Below are positions 53,201 to 61,522 of a DNA stretch of 64,000 bases, piece by piece. The position numbers and the translations under genes are program-made. Origin of the DNA: a virus (lineage: Duplodnaviria; Caudoviricetes); IMG/VR virus record IMGVR_UViG_3300046167_000801. The stretch is one strand, 5' to 3'. The notes below the pieces were generated by a model. It was not told the origin of the DNA and ran no database searches. It saw only the letters and a list, made by a program, of their open reading frames with translations. The number at the start of each line of letters is the position of its first letter. The first letter of the stretch is position 1.

Positions 53201-56006
53201 TAGTACTTTAACTGATATAAATGTCACTGGTGGTACATATAATGACGCTAACCAAACATTAACACTTAATAAATCAAATGGAAGTAGTGTAGATGTTACG
53301 GGGTTCGCAGTCGATACGGTTTTACATACAACAGGTGCAACATTTAACAGTGGTAATGGTGTTGTAACTTTTACTAAGAATGGTGGAGACACATATACTG
53401 TTGATTTAGATGGTAGATATTTAACTTCAGAATCTAACAGTTTCTTGGGTGATGGTGGATCTGCAAATACTCACCCTGGCACAAATAAGGTAATATTTAC
53501 AGGTCAAGTAAGTGCAGGTTCAGGAGCATTGGGGATGCCTACCGTAGATAATTCAAATGCATTCTTAAATATTAATAGACACTCAGGTGAATACAATAGT
53601 CAGTTAGGGTTTAGTTCTAACGGTAACATATATTATAGAAAGTTTAGTGCGGCGGCAATAAACTCAACTCAAGCATGGTTACAAGTTTATCATTCAGGTA
53701 ATTTCACCAACAACTCAAGTAATTGGAATACAGCGTATGGATGGGGTGATCACAGTACTGCAGGATACATAACTTCTCAAGCGACAGACTTTGTGTCCAA
53801 ATCAAGTGGTGGTCAGTTTGATGGTTTAATCACAATTAAAGAGGATACAAATACATCAACAACCGCCGGTAAGAGTTTATTAACGTTACATAACGAAAAT
53901 TCTGATATATCACAACAACAGTCTTTTATTGATTTTAAGTTTACTGACACTAACGCAAATTACACACCACAAGTACGTATAGGTGCACAGGTTGGTCCAG
54001 ATGCGGACGCAAACGCAATGTCTAAAGAAGGTGCGGGTTCGTTTGTGGTATATACTGCACCTGTTGGTAGTGATGAGTTAGGTAATAGTAGTGGTTTAGC
54101 GGAACAGTTCAGAGTTAGTTACAATGGAACGGTTACTGCACAAGGTCAGATAGTAGCGACAGGTGGTAACTCAGGTAATTGGAATACAGCGTATGGATGG
54201 GGAGATCATTCACAAGTGGGATATCTAACAAGTAGTTCAACACAATCAAAATATCTAAGAACTGATGTTGACGACACTATAGAAAGTGGAAGTATTATAT
54301 CATTTAAAACCGCTGCTGGTACTACGAGAGGATTTTTACAATCGACAGACACAAATGACGAACATTTCATTATTGCCACATCGGGAGGTGAAGACATTGC
54401 ATTTAAGGATGGTGGTGTAGCTGGTACTACTAACATGGTAATTAGAGGTGACGGTAACGTTGTTGTAACAGGTAGTGTAACCGCATCAGGAGGAAACTCA
54501 GGTAATTGGAATACAGCGTATGGATGGGGTGATCATTCACAAGAAGGTTATATAAAAAGTTTTGATAATGATATTGACTATATAAATTCAGCATCATTCG
54601 ATACAGGTACGGGTGTTATCACAGGTACAGGTGTGGGTAATGCAGGGTTCACTGTCGATATTGATGGTAGGTATTTAAAAATATCAGATAAGGCCGCGGA
54701 TTCAGATAAACTTGATGGTATTGATTCTTCAGAGTTTTTAAGAAGTAACACGGCGGACACTTTCACAGGTACTATAACAATGGGTACTCAAAAGGCGTTA
54801 GTGGCTAATAACTATGGACGAGGTGTTTATGGTATATATTCCTCAACAAGATACCAACACGTATGGTCTATGGGTACGAGTTATAATCTCTCAGATGACG
54901 GTACAAGTGCAGGTAATTTATACGGATTAGCGTTTACACACACAAATGTTGGTGGAGAATCTAAATCAGGTTTAGATCATCAAATGTTAATAATGAGGAA
55001 TGGTACTACTGTATCTGCCATTGGGGCGGGTATATGGACAGATGGTACTATAACAACAACATCCCATGGTAATTCATCACAATGGAACACCGCATATGGA
55101 TGGGGTAACCACGCAAGTGCTGGTTACGCATCTTCATCACACACACACTCGACGAGTGATATTACAAGTGGTACATTTGTAGCGGCGAGATTCTCGCAGA
55201 GTACGAGATACAACATAGGTCTTATCCTTGGATACAGTTCTCAAACAAGAGATAAAATAAGAGTTTGGGATTCAAGTGAGTATTCGATTGGTATGAAGAA
55301 TGGGTATGATTACGGTCATATAGGATCAGGTGAATACGCAATGTCATTCCAAATGAGTAATACCGCCGGTAGAGGTTGGTGGTGGGGAGACACCTCACAT
55401 ACCGATGACCAAGGAGCCGCGTCAATCACCACCGAAGGTAAAATGGTTATTGCAAAATCACTATCAGTTGGTCAGGGTGAGACGATAACAAACCCAAGTG
55501 ACACACCATTATATGTTGAAGGTACAACTGCAGGTGAAACAGTATTCGAGGTACAAGGTACAAGTGGTCAGTTATTCTCAATAACAGATAGTTTAATAGG
55601 GGACATATTTGAAGTATCCGACATATCGGGTATACCAATCTTAACTGTTAATTCTTCAGGTGTAGTAACTGTAGACGATACTTTACATGTAACGGGAGAT
55701 GTTATTGCATACTACGCATCCGATAAGAGATTGAAAGACAATATTAAACCTATTGAAAACGCAATTGATAAAATAAAAATGATTGGTGGTTATGAGTTCG
55801 ATTGGAATTCAAACTCAAAAAATAACAATGGTCATGATGTGGGTGTTATTGCACAAGAAATAGAAGAAGTATTACCTGAACTTGTTGGAACAAGAAGTGA
55901 TGGTTATAAAGGTGTTAAGTACGAAAAACTAACAGCACTACTAATACAATCAAATAAAGAATTAATTGCGAGAGTAGAAGAACTCGAATCTAAACTAAAG
56001 AAATAG
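47202..56006 (+). CDS. Giant tail fibre (2934 aa) with a C-terminal peptidase S74 intramolecular chaperone
   Basis: N-terminal VKLRRS...P....L..GEL..NT.DGKIF (Mtd_N-like anchor), 12 W(N/D)TAYxWG(D/N)H junctions, and C-terminal SDKRLKDNIKPI...FDW...GVIAQE..EV.PELV...KGVKYEKL. Confidence 0.9.
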   Translation: MGQTVKLRRSAISGKIPINSQLLLGELSMNTTDGKIFLSKSGSNGPSVEEVIITNTQNFGNIDLVGDLTATNISSSFIGDGGGLYNIPASGVTGLSLDRIASSTSTASIDADGLHINTDTTVTGSLTATEFTGSGLGLTDVPIKISGSDAGSTSIDSTFTRIKFDDSTGIKISGTTGGDAVVFLSGVASESDGGEGKTAKLEVTSATSTWTLNHNLNEKHPSIEVFDSNDEVIIPQKIEATSVNQVVVSFASPQTGTVTATVGGGLPSIDSGYENRVLSVDNNGIATWKTGILSGSIDFSTLVDTGSFNTYTSSNDNTNSNQNGRLDSLEEFTSSIDDTYATDNDVTTLRTDLNTYTSSTDGRLDSLETTSGSSNLRLDYIESVTSSHHGRLNSLETISGSHDGRLDSIESKTGSFLVSNDLSTIEGKIGSLETTSGSHEGKLSSLETTSGSHDGRLDSLETTSGSHDGRLTDLETFETKVDTGLEFTGSNVTIKGNLLVKGTETRVDSTTVDIDDNILSLNGSGAANAGIEVRDTESPGVLSGSLIYDTGENTWKAGTKGSEERLLINSDLTTLDGRLDSLESTSGSHEDRIDRIEISTSSLNSFTSSINTTIKGKLNNDGVISGSIQIDHDATTNYVGNEHIDHSSITIGSGKGLTGGGTIDTNRSLTLDTGSVHFLSGVKSKLNTETVVSGSAQIDITGTTNYNLVDGRLDSIESFTSSIDLTYATDDDVTDLRNDLNTYTSSNDDTNSTQNGRLDSIESSTGSYLTSYNDEYTTGATFSTSNGVVTFTRNDGDQYTVDLDGRYLTSFTETDPIFTAHAVYDITSTQIGNWDTAYGWGDHSQEGYLTTYNNEYTTGATFNGSNGIITFTRNDGDTYTLNISSTLTDINVTGGTYNDSTQTLRLNKSNGTSIDVTGFAVDTVLHTTGATFNSSNGVVTFTKNGGDTYTVDLDGRYLTSFTETDPIFTAHAVYDITSTQISNWDTAYGWGNHASAGYLTSYTDTNEFVTGATFNDGNGIVTFTRNNGGDTFTVDLDGRYLEFETNGNTSDVNNVTRTIFSANNTNGSTSNRPVNWSTVYTLGGGYNALQLGTNEDYSESGLWVRQYNGNSASPQGSGWQNWTEVWTTNHFSANDRNNWNTAYGWGDHGTAGYLTSFTETDPVFTSHAAYDITSTQISNWDTAYGWGDHGSAGYLTSYNDEYTTGATFNGGNGIITFTRNDGDTYTVDISSTLTDINVTGGTYNDANQTLTLNKSNGSSVDVTGFAVDTVLHTTGATFNSSNGVITFTKNGGDTYTVDIDGRFLTSYTETQTLNDVTTLGATTSNDLQVGGLTISDTFPYLDFVDTNSFTDTADRFRVRAGGNNGMIQWSDSSAGTVTTLMTFLPDGKITMGNGIQFTATGGVDMGTNTITDGKVAQWNTAYGWGDHSQAGYLTTYNNEYTTGATFNTSNGVITFTRNDGDQFTVDIDGRYLTSFTETDTLSSVTSRGNSTNNSISVGDFLASHQSAQNATTKAEMLSMGVAKFRPHSTNSGTLAIAQVDAGNSVGLQFTNGAGTADWDMSLQPFGGNVGINKVNPSGALHVYSGTSERFLVSGDVHVQGSTDLNINGASRRLSFTSGTGTIRTTTANELYLQTNSTTAITIDANQNVEISGTLSASGYNKTNWDTAYGWGDHSQAGYVTSSGNTIIGTDSDINTSGSYVVDQLTMTDGVITSHSTRQLSELRIPDTRAAEKTPNEYTDQHLSLDFTDEYGSLGSWYSGITLKGWTGTYAAWQLISEADSGIGDTNLYFRQGNGTTWQSMRTVWTSANFANNSSNWNTAYGWGDHSQAGYLTSSSTQSKYLRSDTDDTTTGALTIGEGTNQARLIIKKADNDVSDHIVFYNGTTRIGEIGAQDDTWLRINQNTSKNIYTPRYIRADAGFFVDGTSKGINGSGNFIGGTIAGASDANVTNWDTAYEWGDHSQEGYLTSYNDEYTTGATFNGGNGIITFTRNDGDQYTVDISSTLTDINVTGGTYNDANQTLTLNKSNGSSVDVTGFAVDTVLHTTGATFNSGNGVVTFTKNGGDTYTVDLDGRYLTSESNSFLGDGGSANTHPGTNKVIFTGQVSAGSGALGMPTVDNSNAFLNINRHSGEYNSQLGFSSNGNIYYRKFSAAAINSTQAWLQVYHSGNFTNNSSNWNTAYGWGDHSTAGYITSQATDFVSKSSGGQFDGLITIKEDTNTSTTAGKSLLTLHNENSDISQQQSFIDFKFTDTNANYTPQVRIGAQVGPDADANAMSKEGAGSFVVYTAPVGSDELGNSSGLAEQFRVSYNGTVTAQGQIVATGGNSGNWNTAYGWGDHSQVGYLTSSSTQSKYLRTDVDDTIESGSIISFKTAAGTTRGFLQSTDTNDEHFIIATSGGEDIAFKDGGVAGTTNMVIRGDGNVVVTGSVTASGGNSGNWNTAYGWGDHSQEGYIKSFDNDIDYINSASFDTGTGVITGTGVGNAGFTVDIDGRYLKISDKAADSDKLDGIDSSEFLRSNTADTFTGTITMGTQKALVANNYGRGVYGIYSSTRYQHVWSMGTSYNLSDDGTSAGNLYGLAFTHTNVGGESKSGLDHQMLIMRNGTTVSAIGAGIWTDGTITTTSHGNSSQWNTAYGWGNHASAGYASSSHTHSTSDITSGTFVAARFSQSTRYNIGLILGYSSQTRDKIRVWDSSEYSIGMKNGYDYGHIGSGEYAMSFQMSNTAGRGWWWGDTSHTDDQGAASITTEGKMVIAKSLSVGQGETITNPSDTPLYVEGTTAGETVFEVQGTSGQLFSITDSLIGDIFEVSDISGIPILTVNSSGVVTVDDTLHVTGDVIAYYASDKRLKDNIKPIENAIDKIKMIGGYEFDWNSNSKNNNGHDVGVIAQEIEEVLPELVGTRSDGYKGVKYEKLTALLIQSNKELIARVEELESKLKK
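48285..48640 (+). repeat. 14-aa (42-bp) degenerate tandem repeat GRLDSLETTSGSHD within the fibre shaft
   Basis: About 8 units visible in the translation. Confidence 0.8.
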
Positions 56007-57179
56007 ATGGGAATTCATAGAGGACCAAATATGGAAAAAGGTGGATTAGTATTCGGATATGATAGTGGACACGGTGTGTGCGACAATCACACGAGTAGTA
56101 GGTTTTACCAAGGTAAACCCACAACTAATACTTGGAATAAAAACTCACATAGTTACACCAGTGGGAATATAACCGCCACAAGAAATGCAACACCACCCGT
56201 ACCACCACCACTTGAAGCACAAGGGTTTGAAGTTTATAAGTTACAATCTAACGATGGTGGATTAAATCAAGGTATAATGGGAACCTCTAACGTAGTAAAT
56301 GGTGTGGGTGGTAATTATGTCCATAGTGTTTACTGTTATTTAGAATCAGGAACAATCGTAACGGTGGGTCAACATTGGAATCCATGGGCGTATGGTGACA
56401 CACAAAATCCACCTTTAGGTAGGTGGGTAAGGTTATCTCAAACAGTTACTAATGATGTTAATAATTACGGTAATGTTGCAAACGCATATAGAACCAACGG
56501 AGTTGCTTACTTTACGGCACCTCAATATGAATTAGGAAGTGTCGTAACCCCACATGTGGATGGTGACCGACCATCAACAGAGTCACTCATAGATCTAAAA
56601 AGAACAACAGATATTGATATGTCTAACCTATCGTTTGATTCAACAGGACAACCTACTTTTGATGGTACAAACGATTATCTTGTTACTTATGAGGACTTTC
56701 TAATAAAGGGAGATCAAACATGGGAAATTGTAGCTATGTCTACAGGAGCCCCCGACTCACCTGCGGGTATACTAACAAATCACCACTTTCAGTCTCCACA
56801 ATCTAATTTTGGAATAAACTATGTAAGTGGAAGTAGGTTAGGTGCCTCTATTGGATATACAAATGGGTCAAGAGAATATGCGTCCAAAAACACATCTTAC
56901 GTTATTCAAGAGAATGTACCATTTCATGCCGTATTAAAATACGACTCATCTAATAACACAATAGAGTGGTTTATAAATGGAGTATCAGATTCGACGTATA
57001 GTCTTTCATCAACTCCCAATTTTATACCTCAACCCATATGTTCAGGTAGATGGACACCAATATATAATGATTATTATTTTAATGGTGCGGTGTATGTTGG
57101 TAAAGTATATGGTAGAGCACTCACATCCGACGAGATAAAACAAAATTATAACAGCTATAAAAACAGATTTAACTTATAA
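56007..57179 (+). CDS. LamG/concanavalin A-like domain protein, paralogue 1
   Basis: FDGTNDY, YFNGAV...VYGRALTSDEIKQNYN. Confidence 0.8.
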   Translation: MGIHRGPNMEKGGLVFGYDSGHGVCDNHTSSRFYQGKPTTNTWNKNSHSYTSGNITATRNATPPVPPPLEAQGFEVYKLQSNDGGLNQGIMGTSNVVNGVGGNYVHSVYCYLESGTIVTVGQHWNPWAYGDTQNPPLGRWVRLSQTVTNDVNNYGNVANAYRTNGVAYFTAPQYELGSVVTPHVDGDRPSTESLIDLKRTTDIDMSNLSFDSTGQPTFDGTNDYLVTYEDFLIKGDQTWEIVAMSTGAPDSPAGILTNHHFQSPQSNFGINYVSGSRLGASIGYTNGSREYASKNTSYVIQENVPFHAVLKYDSSNNTIEWFINGVSDSTYSLSSTPNFIPQPICSGRWTPIYNDYYFNGAVYVGKVYGRALTSDEIKQNYNSYKNRFNL

Positions 57180-57183
57180 CGAT

Positions 57184-57516
57184 ATGTACGAAAACAGAAG
57201 ATGGTTAGTAATACCAACAACATTAATAGATACAATTGATTTCAATCAAGTACTTGAGTCATCATCAGAATCATTAAGATTTTCTGTAGATGGTTCAAAA
57301 ACTTTTATTAAATATGAGGTTAATGTGGTAACAGAAGAATATAATGAGGAATATCAAGACGCCGAAGACCCTACAATAATTTATACTAATACAATAGAAG
57401 TTGGAGTTTATGGTAGACCTTCAATTTATTCTGAAGAGTACCAAGAATATAACCACAAGGAAATCTTAGAATTATTAAGGTCTCCTGAGTGGAGCCCAAG
57501 TAATGATATTCAATAA
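57184..57516 (+). CDS. Small acidic tail-locus protein, possible fibre chaperone
   Basis: Track ORF with pattern IDFNQVLESS..SLR.S.DG.KTFIKY...EIL..L...EW. Confidence 0.65.
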   Translation: MYENRRWLVIPTTLIDTIDFNQVLESSSESLRFSVDGSKTFIKYEVNVVTEEYNEEYQDAEDPTIIYTNTIEVGVYGRPSIYSEEYQEYNHKEILELLRSPEWSPSNDIQ

Positions 57517-57518
57517 AG

Positions 57519-58751
57519 ATGGGTGTATCGTCAGGTCCTAAAATAAAGAGAGATGGGTTGGTAATTTCCTTAGACTCGGGAAGTTCAATACGAGGGTTCA
57601 CACCTAACGGTACATATTCTGCGGATAACATTATTAAAAATTTAATTGATAAGAGTGAATACCCAAGTACCTTCTCTCCACACTTAACTGATGCACAATA
57701 TTATACTTTATATGCCATAACTTACCCTGAAGGTAACTATAGTCCCGCAAATAGAGATGGTGTCACACCAGGTTATAACGTACAATTCGGAAGTATGACT
57801 TATGGTGCTAGTAGGTCACTTAACTATTATGTTCATGATGGAGTTGATTGGGTACCTGATTCCTATTTCACAGGAATGAGAATAAATGGTCATTGTTATG
57901 ATTTATATTCATCTACGGATTATGTTAGTGAGTCAAATAAATTTTTAGATGATTATGAGATAATCAAATCAAATTTTCCTGATGCTACTCACGTAATAAT
58001 TGCAAGTCATGCAAATGATAGATATGATGTTACGGGAATTAGAGAGACTTTGGTGGATTTGGGGGCACCTAAAGAAGTTTTAACATGGGCAAATGGAAGG
58101 AGAGAATTTGTTTTAGTTGGTAGACCTGGTTTAGGTGCAGGAAATGCATTCGGATGGGGTTATGAGAATGAATCGGGAGGTGCGGTTGCACATTTAAATA
58201 GTGTAATACCCTATGAAACCCCTACTGCGAATTTTACTTTTGATGGAACTAATGAGTTTATTGATTTCGGGAGTGATATAATGTTATCACCAAATAATAA
58301 AGGATGGACAGCCGAATATGTTTTTTATACTCATAGTGCGTCCACCTTACAACATTTTAACTCTGCGGAAGCGGACGATTTTAACGCTAATTGGTTAGCA
58401 ATATACCAATCGAAATTAGCGGTTTGGGATCATGGGCAAGGGGTATGGAAATATGGTAACACGGTATTTAATAGTGATACTTGGTACCATGTTGCGTTCG
58501 TCCAAAAATCAGGAACTAGTATGCAGTACTATGTTAATGGTGAACCTGAGGGGGGTGACCACACGTCGTTTTCCTTTTCATCAAGTTTTAGTGCTTTGAA
58601 AACAAGATACGTTGGTAGATATGAATATAATGGTGGTTATTCAAGATATTTTAACGGTGAGATGCCGGTAATCAAACTGTACAAACAACCTTTAGATGAT
58701 AACCAAATTAAAAGAAATTTTAATTCTTATAAAAGAAGATTTAATATATAA
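57519..58751 (+). CDS. LamG-like domain protein, paralogue 2
   Basis: FTFDGTNEFI, WYHVAFV, YYVNG, YFNGEM..IKLY...L...QIKRNFN. Confidence 0.8.
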   Translation: MGVSSGPKIKRDGLVISLDSGSSIRGFTPNGTYSADNIIKNLIDKSEYPSTFSPHLTDAQYYTLYAITYPEGNYSPANRDGVTPGYNVQFGSMTYGASRSLNYYVHDGVDWVPDSYFTGMRINGHCYDLYSSTDYVSESNKFLDDYEIIKSNFPDATHVIIASHANDRYDVTGIRETLVDLGAPKEVLTWANGRREFVLVGRPGLGAGNAFGWGYENESGGAVAHLNSVIPYETPTANFTFDGTNEFIDFGSDIMLSPNNKGWTAEYVFYTHSASTLQHFNSAEADDFNANWLAIYQSKLAVWDHGQGVWKYGNTVFNSDTWYHVAFVQKSGTSMQYYVNGEPEGGDHTSFSFSSSFSALKTRYVGRYEYNGGYSRYFNGEMPVIKLYKQPLDDNQIKRNFNSYKRRFNI

Positions 58752-60130
58752 TGAATATAGGATCAAAAATACATACAGACAACTTAGTATTATCGGTGGA
58801 TGCTCAAAGTATAAGATCGACATTAAGGAATTTACAAACAAGTAACATTCTTACAGATCCGGGGTTTTGGCAAACAGGTACTGGAGGTTTTACGGGGTAT
58901 GGTTCTAATGGAAGTTCCACCGAACAATTAAGGGCGGTAATTTCTGATGATCCTTGGGGTAGACAATCGGTTATTTGGAGAACAACACCCGATGCAACTT
59001 CAGGTGCTGATGGTGGTTGGAATAGTAGTTATTATAATGTTGATGTACAATACACTTACAGGTATTCTGTTTGGGTTAGACGACATACTTCAGGAACGGG
59101 AGGTACCTTTTACATGGGAATGAACCCAAACCCAATAAGAAATGATAACGGATCCTCTCAAGGTAATCCTTATTTTACATACCCATCAATTTCAAATTTA
59201 ATACATAATCAATGGTATTTGGTGGTTGCTCACGTATTTTATGCGGGTTATAGTGGTGGTAGACATCCTAAATCGGGGTGGTATGAAAATGGGACTAAAA
59301 TAAGTGATAAAAGTTATGGTAATTGTGGTGATCAAGACACCAGATGGAATGAAACAACCACATCGGCACAACACAGAACTTATCATTTTTATACAACAAA
59401 CACGTCATCGGGGCTTGAATTTGCATATCCAAGAATCGACAAAATTGACGGTAATGAACCAACAATTGAACAATTATTATTTAGGGGGGAATCAAGTTTT
59501 AAAAGTTTAGGATCGGACAAACAATATATGACACCTAATAACTCGGGAGAGTTTTCAAGTATGAGAGATGGTTATAGACAATTAAACTATTTTGATATGG
59601 ACGGTACTGATGATTATATTTCGGTGGATCCAATTACATATTCACCATCACAAAGTTGGACTGCGGAAGTGGTATTTAACCCTTGGGATGTTAATGATGG
59701 TAGTTGGTCTGGTATATTCGGAGGAGACTTAGGTAATGGTGGATATTGGATGTTTCATAGTAATCAATTGACATACTATGAAGGTTACAATGGTAGTTCC
59801 CAAATAAAATACACTGGTTGGACTAAGGCGTCGGTTTTCCCTCAAGGTAGATTCTATCATCTAACCATTGTTTATGAATCTACAGGATCTAATCAAGGAA
59901 CATTTACATTATATAAGAATGGTAATGAAAAAACAACAACGTTTGGTTGGACGTTCACTCATGGAGAAAGTCTAGGTTTACATTCTTTAGGAAGAGGAGC
60001 AACTAATAGACCAGGTACTAATGATATTTTATCATTTAGATTATGGAGTAAAAATTTAAGTTCAGATCAAGTTCAAGAGAACTATGATGCACAAAAAAAT
60101 AAAATTAATATGGGTACTTATCCGGTTTAA
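58751..60130 (+). CDS. LamG-like domain protein, paralogue 3
   Basis: FDMDGTDDYI, YHLTIVY, LYKNG, LSSDQVQENY. Confidence 0.8.
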   Translation: MNIGSKIHTDNLVLSVDAQSIRSTLRNLQTSNILTDPGFWQTGTGGFTGYGSNGSSTEQLRAVISDDPWGRQSVIWRTTPDATSGADGGWNSSYYNVDVQYTYRYSVWVRRHTSGTGGTFYMGMNPNPIRNDNGSSQGNPYFTYPSISNLIHNQWYLVVAHVFYAGYSGGRHPKSGWYENGTKISDKSYGNCGDQDTRWNETTTSAQHRTYHFYTTNTSSGLEFAYPRIDKIDGNEPTIEQLLFRGESSFKSLGSDKQYMTPNNSGEFSSMRDGYRQLNYFDMDGTDDYISVDPITYSPSQSWTAEVVFNPWDVNDGSWSGIFGGDLGNGGYWMFHSNQLTYYEGYNGSSQIKYTGWTKASVFPQGRFYHLTIVYESTGSNQGTFTLYKNGNEKTTTFGWTFTHGESLGLHSLGRGATNRPGTNDILSFRLWSKNLSSDQVQENYDAQKNKINMGTYPV

Positions 60131-60144
60131 AAAAGTAAAGTGAT

Positions 60145-60366
60145 ATGGGAATAATACCAGCAACAGGGTCAGAAGTAAGTATGGGTAGAATATCTAGAGC
60201 ATTAGGTACTTCTACATCATATCCACCCCCATCACAAATTAAACTTAACGGTACTTTAGGTATTAATAGAAGTAATGCTATTACAAACATATCATCTATC
60301 ATATCAGGGTCTTCAACTGAAGAGTCGGGTGATTTCGGGGGGTTAGATACACCGAACAACTATTAA
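60145..60366 (+). CDS. Small Gly/Ser-rich protein
   Basis: Track ORF starting MGIIPATGSEVSMG. Confidence 0.65.
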   Translation: MGIIPATGSEVSMGRISRALGTSTSYPPPSQIKLNGTLGINRSNAITNISSIISGSSTEESGDFGGLDTPNNY

Positions 60367-60414
60367 CCTTTAAAAACTAAGTTATTTTATTTATATTAAG
60401 TTATATATATAAAA

Positions 60415-60861
60415 ATGAAACTTAGATTCAAAAACAAACTTTCAAAATACGAAACACTCTATATAAAATGGGAGGGTGTACAATACGATCGTAAAATCCT
60501 AAGGAGATTCGTTAGACGATTCAGGTGGATTAAGTTCCTATCAATATTCAGTACTACATATAAAAAAGAGTTGGAATTTATGATCAATATTGTAGATCAC
60601 TATGGTAGGGTTAAAATATTTAACCTACTAAGTAATGATGAAACAACCTCAAGATTATCTCACATTGAAAGATTATCAAGGAATGGGTCAATAGAAATAC
60701 TAACCTCAGGAACATACAACACAGACACATATAAACAAATAAGTAACCTACCAAAGAGTGATTTTGATTTGGTAACCAAGAGAGTACAGGAACTCATAAA
60801 AATAGGACAATCTGTTTATGTTCAAAATGATGGATTGGGAGAAAACTTACCGGGAGATTGA
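60415..60861 (+). CDS. Hypothetical basic protein
   Basis: Track ORF with TATTTATA upstream at 60388. Confidence 0.7.
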   Translation: MKLRFKNKLSKYETLYIKWEGVQYDRKILRRFVRRFRWIKFLSIFSTTYKKELEFMINIVDHYGRVKIFNLLSNDETTSRLSHIERLSRNGSIEILTSGTYNTDTYKQISNLPKSDFDLVTKRVQELIKIGQSVYVQNDGLGENLPGD

Positions 60862-61505
60862 AATCAAAGAATAACACATCAATATGGATAAATCAACCTA
60901 AAAGAATATCTATTGTCGTTCCGACAAGGGATATGGTTCATAGTGGTTTTGCATTCTCATTAACTCAACTAATAAAAACTTCTGAAAATGCGGGAATTGA
61001 AACATTCCTATTCTTTAACTCAGGATCTGTATTATTAAATCAGAGAGAGAAATTAGTTAAATCGTCTATGGAGGTTGAATCCGACTACACGTTATGGTTA
61101 GATAGTGACATGACCTTCCCATCGACCACATTATTAAGACTATTATCACATGATAAAGAGATAGTGGGATGTAACTACAAAAAAAGATCTAACCCACAGA
61201 CACCTGTTGCATATAGAGAAATTGGTAATTGGGATAGTTGGGTTTCTTTAGACGAAAAGAAGGATCTTGTCAAAGTTGAGGGTGTTGGTATGGGTTGTAT
61301 ATTAATAAAGACAGATTTATTCAAAGAAATTAATAAACCTTACTTTGAATTCACTTATAATAAGGAAACCGATGATTGGTTAGGTGAAGATTTTAACTTA
61401 TTTACTAAGTTTAGAAATATTGGTAAAAATATATACATAGATACCAATTTGAGTAGAGAAATAGGTCACTTAGGAATTTACAAATTTGGTTCATCAAACC
61501 AATAG
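60858..61505 (+). CDS. GT-A fold (family 2-like) glycosyltransferase
   Basis: ISIVVPTR, DxD motif WLDSDM, GVGMGCILIK, catalytic GED and IGHLG. Confidence 0.82.
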   Translation: MKSKNNTSIWINQPKRISIVVPTRDMVHSGFAFSLTQLIKTSENAGIETFLFFNSGSVLLNQREKLVKSSMEVESDYTLWLDSDMTFPSTTLLRLLSHDKEIVGCNYKKRSNPQTPVAYREIGNWDSWVSLDEKKDLVKVEGVGMGCILIKTDLFKEINKPYFEFTYNKETDDWLGEDFNLFTKFRNIGKNIYIDTNLSREIGHLGIYKFGSSNQ

Positions 61506-61522
61506 ATTAGATATTTATAGTT

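Noticed and set aside
49700-53430. Possible DGR template/variable repeat pairs in the Mtd_N-like fibre
   Set aside because: The duplicated blocks differ mostly at synonymous third positions of all base types rather than at adenines, all copies are coding, and no reverse transcriptase lies in the window.
28645-56009. TAG stop recoding (code 15), suggested by in-frame TAG-ATG junctions at 28647/28648 and 56006/56007
   Set aside because: ORFs of 2-3 thousand codons contain no internal TAG, equivalent in-frame TAA-ATG junctions exist (23198, 27006), and the proteins upstream end at natural C-termini.
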